Shown: one piece after another, positions 57,315-64,000 of the stretch
How positions within the stretch are numbered: the first letter of the stretch is position 1
How the letters are laid out: the number at the start of each line of letters is the position of its first letter
NCBI GenBank assembly: GCA_964493985.1
Contig: CAZBQL010000001.1
Location: forward strand, 3,849-67,848
Length of the DNA: 64,000 nucleotides
Origin: an uncultured Dehalococcoidales bacterium
GTDB lineage: Bacteria > Chloroflexota > Dehalococcoidia > Dehalococcoidales > UBA2162
Reading direction: 5' to 3'
The notes under the pieces: generated by a model
What the model was told of the DNA's origin: nothing
Seen by the model: only the letters and a program-made list of their open reading frames with translations
The model's database searches: none
Position numbers and translations under genes: made by a program

Positions 57315-57694
57315 CCATCTCCTTTTTCCCAATCAAAAGGTCCGTCCGTCCATTACCATTACGTAAGATGTAGTAATATCCAGCAGACCCGTTTTTTATC
57401 TATTCTTCCCTATATTATCTTTTTGTACTCTTATATTATCCTTTTTCTGTTTGAAAGATATTAGCAGGAGTTTTCAATAGCCTGAATCATTTGAATCTTT
57501 TCTGTAATACATAGTAGTCAGGTATTAAACTGAAAGGATTAATTTTTATCATCCGATAATACCGTCATAATCTATCCAAAGAAGGATATACGTAGCGACT
57601 AATCATGAGTAAAATCTGAGATAGAAATGCAGGATGGCCGACAAAATTTATTATCATTTCACAACTGAAATAGAGTAGTCGGAGGGCACTATTG

Positions 57695-58336
57695 ATGAAT
57701 GATACAGTTTATCCCTCGGGGTGGTTTGACCTCGATGAAAATGGACTATACATAAACAGCCAGTTTTTCAGAAGGCTGTTGTCGTATTATCGCTGGTCAG
57801 TTTATGCCGACCGCAAGATAAAAAATGACTCAACACAGGACAATTTATTGTTAAAAGACACTATAGCCATGACGATGACCGAGAAATCCGGAAGAGTTAT
57901 TATGGCAATATCAAAATATCCCTCGTTTATCGGTACTCTACATTACATTTTCAACTGTCGAGGTTATTCCATAGTTGCTGCTGTTACACACGAGTTGGGG
58001 CTAATCGAATTAGTAAATGAGATGAAACCTGATTTGTTGATTAACGATATTATGATGCCATCAATGATAGGTATTAGTATGGCTTTGCGTCTCCGAATAA
58101 ATACAGAAGTACCCACTATATTGATAAGTAACTGGCAGACTGCTGATAACAGCTTTAAAAGCTTAAATATCGATGGTCCCGGGATCCTCAGCTCCCAGAT
58201 AGGTCCGGATGAATTAGTAGAATGGGTAGATAACGTTCAAAAACGGAATATAAACTTCAATCGCGGTAGAATTTACATACCAAATACACAAAACGAGGTT
58301 AATAAGAGCGAAACATCTTACCAGGTATTCAATTAA
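57695..58336 (+). CDS. atypical (pseudo-)receiver-domain protein
   Basis: ATG 57695 follows GGAGGG. The REC-like core keeps PDLLINDIMMP but replaces the N-terminal acidic pair (AISKYP). Confidence 0.5.
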   Translation: MNDTVYPSGWFDLDENGLYINSQFFRRLLSYYRWSVYADRKIKNDSTQDNLLLKDTIAMTMTEKSGRVIMAISKYPSFIGTLHYIFNCRGYSIVAAVTHELGLIELVNEMKPDLLINDIMMPSMIGISMALRLRINTEVPTILISNWQTADNSFKSLNIDGPGILSSQIGPDELVEWVDNVQKRNINFNRGRIYIPNTQNEVNKSETSYQVFN

Positions 58337-58522
58337 ATTTATGATTTTGGTAGTAGTGAATTAGCTAAATGGCGACAGCCTGAATCACAGGCAAGATAAA
58401 ACTTTATGATATATCAGGGTAGGAAAAATAAGAACTAAACGTATAATACAAGGTATTCAAAAAAAGACAGGGAATTTGAAAAACGTTGGTTTCTTTCCCG
58501 GTTCTACCAGGATATGAGGTGA

Positions 58523-59203
58523 TTAGGATACTGAGGATGATACTTCATCGCGGGAAATCTTCGGCAAGATGCCCATCGTTGTCGCAAGTGATACAGCTCC
58601 TGCCCGATTTTTAACTTCCATCTTACTCAGAATGTTCCTGAGATGAGTCTTAACCGTTGTCTCGCTAATATAGCAGCTTTTAGCTATCTCTTTATTACTC
58701 GCTCCGGTGGCAACATACTTAAGAATCTCTTTTTCTCGATCACTTAACGAGAACAGACTCTGATTCTGCGCACTATGAGATTGCCGCCGAAACGCCTCCA
58801 TCAACTTGCCGATCATTGAAGGTGTCAGTACCTGGACCCCGTTTACTACTGAAAGAATGGAATCGGCAAGTTCGTAAATGGAACAGCTTCTCAGGAGGTA
58901 CGCTGAAATACCGGCATTAATAAGGCGTGGAAGATTCGTCCCGTCTTCCGATACACTTAATGCTATCACTTTTATCTCAGGATATTTTTTATGTACTGTT
59001 TCTATAAGTTCAATACCACGATCACTATATGGGCGGACTCCGATAATCATCACATCTGGTTTAAGTTCTTCGACACCAGTGAGAATATCTGCGCTAACAT
59101 CTAATTTCTCAACAATCCTGAATTCATCATAATCTGTACTGAGCGTATGCTCGAGTAATTCAAGGAAGAGATGATCGTCATCGACTAATAATACTCTTGT
59201 CAT
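58523..59203 (-). CDS. NarL/FixJ-family response regulator (REC plus LuxR HTH)
   Basis: VLLVDDDH and the acceptor-Asp region; LSDREKEILKYVATGASNKEIAKSCYISETTVKTHLRNILSKM. Confidence 0.9.
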   Translation of the reverse strand: MTRVLLVDDDHLFLELLEHTLSTDYDEFRIVEKLDVSADILTGVEELKPDVMIIGVRPYSDRGIELIETVHKKYPEIKVIALSVSEDGTNLPRLINAGISAYLLRSCSIYELADSILSVVNGVQVLTPSMIGKLMEAFRRQSHSAQNQSLFSLSDREKEILKYVATGASNKEIAKSCYISETTVKTHLRNILSKMEVKNRAGAVSLATTMGILPKISRDEVSSSVS

Positions 59204-59636
59204 TGCAGTTAATTCCCTTCAGTTAATCGTTCCAGTGTTCCTTATTTTACTTAACCACCTGTAAGTGACTCGCATTACCTATTGTACGGCTGGAAAGGTC
59301 GTTAAAACGATTGTTGAAAGGTAGAGTTAAGTGGGAACTGGGTACTACTTAAGTGGAAATAACAGAATCTGAACAAACCAAATATGATCAGGAAAGTGAT
59401 CCTGTTACCGGTAAGAAAGATATATCAATATCCATGAGCATTAATTAGTAATGAATGATAGATCAAACAATTAAACAGGCCATCATATCGATAAATACGT
59501 TGTCAGTTTATTTCGCTGAATATAATGAAAGTCCAGATACTCTTATACCAGATATTTCTCCAGAAAAATGATAGTTTGACGCATAAAGGCTTGTGCTGAG
59601 TTTACTACGAAAGCGCAAATAATAGGTCTAATGTAT

Positions 59637-60335
59637 TCAGGAAGGTTTTACAAACCGATAGCCTACGCCACGTTCATTTAGAATGAGTTTAGGTTCGTTT
59701 GCATTATCACCAAGCTTTAACCTGAGTTGATAGATATATCGTTTTAACGAGGTATTATCAAGGTATTTGGCCTCGTTTCCCCACACATATTGTTTAATAG
59801 CATCCTGCGTCACAACCCTGTTCTCATTTGAAGCTAAATAATAAAGTATACGTCTCTCATTTGGAGTAAGATGTATTTTTTCGTTATCAACAATAAATTC
59901 ATTGGTGTCTAAATTCAGGTAGATATTGCCAGATTTAATAGGAGGCAGTTCCGAGTCTCCGGGAGAGTGTGTACCGGTACGTCTAAGCACCGCCTGACAT
60001 CGTACCAAGAGTTCACTCGGGCTGAAAGGTTTCACGATATAGTCATCTGCACCTATTTCGAGACCCCTGACTTTATCAATCTCCTGGTCTCTTGCGGATA
60101 GAATTATGACCGGAACTTCAGAAAATTGGCGAATGTGTTCTAAGACATCAAAACCTGACATATCAGGGAGATTAATGTCCAGAATAATAATATCAGGAGA
60201 ATCATCTTCAACCTTGTTTAAACCATCAGTGCCATTCTCCGCCGATATTATAACCGCGTCAGACCATCGAAGTTTGAATGTAAGGGTGACTCCCTTTACT
60301 ATTTCCGGACTGTCCTCAATTAATAATATTTTCAA
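59637..60335 (-). CDS. OmpR/PhoB-family response regulator
   Basis: MKILLIEDSPE, IIILDINLPDMSG, winged-helix C-terminus (RGVGYRF). Confidence 0.9.
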   Translation of the reverse strand: MKILLIEDSPEIVKGVTLTFKLRWSDAVIISAENGTDGLNKVEDDSPDIIILDINLPDMSGFDVLEHIRQFSEVPVIILSARDQEIDKVRGLEIGADDYIVKPFSPSELLVRCQAVLRRTGTHSPGDSELPPIKSGNIYLNLDTNEFIVDNEKIHLTPNERRILYYLASNENRVVTQDAIKQYVWGNEAKYLDNTSLKRYIYQLRLKLGDNANEPKLILNERGVGYRFVKPS

Positions 60336-62430
60336 CTATTTCCTCCCGAGTAGTAAGGGGTAACGAAAACTTAAATTCATTACCTTTCTCATTAGATTCT
60401 ACCCATATTTTACCATCGTGCAATTGAACTAATTTTTGACAGATGTAAAGGCCTAATCCTAATCCTCCTTCTGTCTTTTTCCTACCCTGCTGGTATGGGG
60501 TGAACAGTATTTCTATATCTTTAAGTGTAAGTTGCTGGCCGCCATCGCATACTCCAATTATAACATTATTTCCCTCTCTGTAAGCCTTTACAAGTAAAGA
60601 ATCACCTGCCGGGCTGTACCTGACCGCATTCGTCAAGAGGTTAAGCAGTATTTGTACTACTCTGTCCGGATCACATTTGACCATGCCTATTGGAGATTGT
60701 ATATCGATATTGATAATTTGTTGTCTGGTCTGTAACATCCCTGAACTTTGAGCAATAGCCTCATGAATTACGTTACTAATATCGATATCCTGCAGGTTTA
60801 AGGTAATTTCAGTACGCTGAAGTTTCGTAAACTGAACAAGTTCAGATATCCTTCTATTCAAGTTCTGGACAGCATCATCCATATTTGAGGCCAACTCGCC
60901 AAGTACAGAATGTTCCGGGTCCAGTTCTTCTTTTAGTAGTTCCGACGATGCCAACATAGCAGTTATCGGTGTCTTAACTTCGTGAACCAGTGCATCGACA
61001 AATTCTGTCCTTTCTCTATATTCTCTCTGTAAATCCATATATGCCATTTTCTCTTGCATATAAAGGCGAGCGTTGTCCAGAGTTGCTGCCATTTGACTGA
61101 CCAGTAGTTTCAGTATAGTTATTTCTTCTATCGAATATTCGTGGTCCGACTTTTTACTGCTTAGTACCAGTATCCCAGTAATTCTATCTCTAACATTCAG
61201 TGGAGCAAGAATTTCTACGTCAAGTGTATCCAATAATAACTGTTCATTGATAGCGAGTGCCTGGAATTGAGGCATTATATCAATATCTTGTCGTATAATA
61301 GTATCTTTATTTTCCCTGAGCCACGAAGCAATAGTCCCGTAAAAAGGTAGATTGATGGAACTATACTTATCGTCGTGTGATGATGCTAAAATAAAACTCT
61401 TTTCCTCTTGATCAGGTAGTAAGAGAAAAACCTTTTGTGCTCTTAAGGTAGTTATAACGGTATCGATGAGAGCATCGACAATATAATCAAGCTGCGTAAT
61501 TTCCTTAGTTTTAATGCTTAGTGTTTGCATGGCCCGTAAATAATCGTATTTACTTCGGTAAAACAACGGATCCAACAGGTTTTTCAGCCATCGGATCACG
61601 ACAAGCAGTAATTCAACAATAACTAGTATTAAACCAATAGCTTTCCAGTCAAGTAATTGGCGGTCTACAAGACCAATCAGGGAAGATGAATAAATTAAGG
61701 CCACGATGAGTCCGATCGATACCAGGATTATAACAAAATACATCGCCGCCCTGCGGATAACCAGAGTAACGTCGAAAAGCTGGTATTTTAAGATGGCATA
61801 ACTGCAAATAAGAAGGAATCCAATATTGCCAATAATCCCTAACGGGTATATTTTTAAACCTTCTGAAGCGAGTACATCACTCACGAGTCCCGACAGGAAG
61901 ATGAAGGCACCAATCGTAACGTATAAATATCGGCTTTTCTCGATGGTGGAAGATGAATAACGATACGCTCTTATTAATTCATATATTCCTAAAGAAATGA
62001 AACCGAACAATAATATCATATAGGGATAATACAGCAATCCCGGAATATATCCGTTTCCATACCACATTAATTTCGTGTCGCTTATAATAAGTCCCGGAGG
62101 AACCAGCGATATTGCCAGTATTGCCAATCCATAGGCAGTGATAAGCCATACATTTGATTTTATAGAATGACTTAGTAATAGAACAGAGTGATAAAACGAA
62201 ATCGCAACGATGGGCAGGGTAATGAATATAGCCTTTTCCCATCCAAAAGCTTGGTCGATTGAACTCTCCCTCATGTTATAGACACAAAATGACCATAAAG
62301 TCATCGCTACGAGAAACATAAGAAAAGGACCATGCAAACGACTTCTACGTCGTTGTAGTATTATTAGCAATGTCAAAGCAACACCGCTAATAACTCCATA
62401 TAAAGGTGAAAAAAATAAAAAAGCATCCAT
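60316..62430 (-). CDS. sensor histidine kinase (polytopic N-terminal membrane domain, GAF, HisKA, HATPase_c)
   Basis: 704 aa. About 7-8 TM helices, a GAF-like region, H-box ALVHEVKTPIT, N/G boxes. It overlaps the downstream OmpR-type regulator gene. Confidence 0.9.
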   Translation of the reverse strand: MDAFLFFSPLYGVISGVALTLLIILQRRRSRLHGPFLMFLVAMTLWSFCVYNMRESSIDQAFGWEKAIFITLPIVAISFYHSVLLLSHSIKSNVWLITAYGLAILAISLVPPGLIISDTKLMWYGNGYIPGLLYYPYMILLFGFISLGIYELIRAYRYSSSTIEKSRYLYVTIGAFIFLSGLVSDVLASEGLKIYPLGIIGNIGFLLICSYAILKYQLFDVTLVIRRAAMYFVIILVSIGLIVALIYSSSLIGLVDRQLLDWKAIGLILVIVELLLVVIRWLKNLLDPLFYRSKYDYLRAMQTLSIKTKEITQLDYIVDALIDTVITTLRAQKVFLLLPDQEEKSFILASSHDDKYSSINLPFYGTIASWLRENKDTIIRQDIDIMPQFQALAINEQLLLDTLDVEILAPLNVRDRITGILVLSSKKSDHEYSIEEITILKLLVSQMAATLDNARLYMQEKMAYMDLQREYRERTEFVDALVHEVKTPITAMLASSELLKEELDPEHSVLGELASNMDDAVQNLNRRISELVQFTKLQRTEITLNLQDIDISNVIHEAIAQSSGMLQTRQQIINIDIQSPIGMVKCDPDRVVQILLNLLTNAVRYSPAGDSLLVKAYREGNNVIIGVCDGGQQLTLKDIEILFTPYQQGRKKTEGGLGLGLYICQKLVQLHDGKIWVESNEKGNEFKFSLPLTTREEIVENIIN

Positions 62431-62439
62431 ATTAATTAT

Positions 62440-63945
62440 TTACAACGAAGCACTTATTTTAAGTAAATCATTAAGTACAGTATCGGAAGGATTGATATGA
62501 TGGAGTTTACAATGGGCAATTTCAAATCCTTCCGACTGTATCGTTTTCATATATCTCTGAAAAGTACCTTGCTTCAATAGCGTGACCTTTATCGGGATTA
62601 AATTTATAATCTCTTTGAAACCTTGATAGTCTTTTCTCGTATTTTTAAGCTGGTCGTTGATAAGGCTGGATACTGTTTGATCGTCGTGGTGATTACCGGT
62701 TAGTTCAAGGTATACATGCAATAAAGGATTCAATTCACTGCCTTCTTTACGCACAGTCCAGTCTTCGTAAGGGAGGCACGTGTTATGTATAGCCTTCCAT
62801 ATCTCTTTTTCACAGAGACGCATAAAGCCACTGATATCAATTATATCGTCGACCCGACTATGAAAAATTATCTGTGGCAACGTTGAACTGGTTTCTTCAT
62901 CACCAATCGAAATAACCTTAATCAAATCTCCTATTCGATACCTGACAAATGGGCCGCCATGGAAATTAGTGATAACAATTTCATAAATCTTACCAGCTTC
63001 GAGTTCATCCACCATTACAGTATCGGGTATGAAATTGTCATCTCTCTGACTTCTCAAGCATTCCTCTTCAGGGATAAATTCATAAAAATTGGAATATGGA
63101 ACAAGAGTCATTCCTTTCTTATTCCAGCCTTGCATTGCTATAAAACAAGTTTCGGTAGCAATGTAAACATCAAGAGGTTTTATCCCCCAATTATTAGCTA
63201 TTTCGTCCTGGTAGATGGTAGTATCTGTACCACTGCAAACAAGACCTTTTATCTGCCATATATCTTTAGGAATAATCGGTCTATTAGCTATTCGTGCTTT
63301 GATCAATGCTTGAATTAAACGGAGTGCAGCAATAGGGTGTAATGTCTTTAAAGATACTTCTGAATCATTTCCTAATTTATTAAAACTGTTGCCAATCTTA
63401 TTAAGGACCCCGGCCAGGGAGGTGGCGTAATCAACTCCAGAACGTAAACCAATATGAAGGCCTTGCTCAATTCTTTCTTGAAATTCCATTTGTTCAGCTT
63501 TATCAAGTGGCGGGATGGGATAATACAACAAACGTTCCTCGGCTGCGTATCCCATTACCCCGGTAGTATAAGGTATCGGTGGTAAATCGACGACAACTCT
63601 GGCACCTGGACGTAACTTTACCTCTCCATGAGTATTGGCTGAAGAAAGTATGAAGGCAGATAGAGTGTTATCCGCAAGGACTCTAATATTTCCTTGTGTG
63701 TAAGGTATCCATTTTATTGTTCCGGAATATCCTGATGTGTGTGCCCACAAGATTGGTTTTTCCGCTAAAACTGATTCATTTTTTTCGTCGAAATAGGATT
63801 GGTAGTCTCTATAGGTCGTAAAAGGAACATTCTTTCGAAAATCATCGATATTCTCGCATTTTCGGCTGCCTATAATTTTCTTTCCCAACTCCGACTTTTG
63901 AAGCAGCTCTATCTGGTCATTAAGCAGAGTCCTCTGAATTGTCAT
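62440..63945 (-). CDS. GH3-family acyl-adenylate-forming (amido synthetase-like) protein
   Basis: 501 aa. SGYSGTIKWIPYT (adenylation P-loop-like), YATSE-like region, RYRIGDLIKV. It lies 10 nt upstream of the kinase gene. Confidence 0.75.
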   Translation of the reverse strand: MTIQRTLLNDQIELLQKSELGKKIIGSRKCENIDDFRKNVPFTTYRDYQSYFDEKNESVLAEKPILWAHTSGYSGTIKWIPYTQGNIRVLADNTLSAFILSSANTHGEVKLRPGARVVVDLPPIPYTTGVMGYAAEERLLYYPIPPLDKAEQMEFQERIEQGLHIGLRSGVDYATSLAGVLNKIGNSFNKLGNDSEVSLKTLHPIAALRLIQALIKARIANRPIIPKDIWQIKGLVCSGTDTTIYQDEIANNWGIKPLDVYIATETCFIAMQGWNKKGMTLVPYSNFYEFIPEEECLRSQRDDNFIPDTVMVDELEAGKIYEIVITNFHGGPFVRYRIGDLIKVISIGDEETSSTLPQIIFHSRVDDIIDISGFMRLCEKEIWKAIHNTCLPYEDWTVRKEGSELNPLLHVYLELTGNHHDDQTVSSLINDQLKNTRKDYQGFKEIINLIPIKVTLLKQGTFQRYMKTIQSEGFEIAHCKLHHINPSDTVLNDLLKISASL

Positions 63946-64000
63946 GAACTCTTCAATGTAAAGATCAAGGAAACCACAATACTTTAACCAAAGTTTTTGG

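Noticed and set aside
1-64000. CRISPR arrays, rRNA genes, integrases, transposases, IS inverted repeats.
   Set aside because: None was seen on either strand. The only repeats found are those reported (tRNA-flanking repeats, operator palindromes, the paralogous cupin genes).

Overview
The window is a 64-kb, densely coding chromosomal segment from a bacterium. Bacterial housekeeping genes are dnaX-ybaB-recR, recO, lysS, serS, gatB, secG, pgi, lhr and three tRNAs. The gene content looks Chloroflexota/Dehalococcoidia-like, but that placement is a low-confidence guess. No rRNA, CRISPR array, integrase or transposase was found.

Several genes of archaeal flavour sit among the housekeeping genes:
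- a CetZ/tubulin-like GTPase
- an STT3/AglB-type oligosaccharyltransferase with the WWDYG motif
- the bifunctional FBP aldolase/phosphatase next to gap
- a two-subunit pyruvate carboxylase

Accessory content:
- higBA next to tRNA-Ala and mazEF next to tRNA-Arg
- a six-gene FmdE / binding-protein / TrmO-like / Opp-Nik-type ABC operon behind a 38-bp perfect palindrome
- a translationally coupled operon of a zinc ribbon, a MenA-like prenyltransferase and a B12-radical-SAM enzyme
- five copies of one cupin module spread over three genes
- a signalling cluster that looks AT-richer by eye (55.6-64 kb), with an orphan type IV pilin, four receiver proteins and a GH3-kinase-regulator operon

The most interesting observation is at 29113-30870. 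Two track ORFs are a single reading frame interrupted only by TGA at 29389-29391. A SECIS-like hairpin follows the TGA, and only the upstream ATG has a Shine-Dalgarno (SD) site. This points to an unannotated ~585-aa selenoprotein whose large C-terminal domain I cannot assign to a family.

All coordinates of hairpins, promoters and small ORFs were counted by hand. Family assignments rest on motifs recognised by eye, not on searches.
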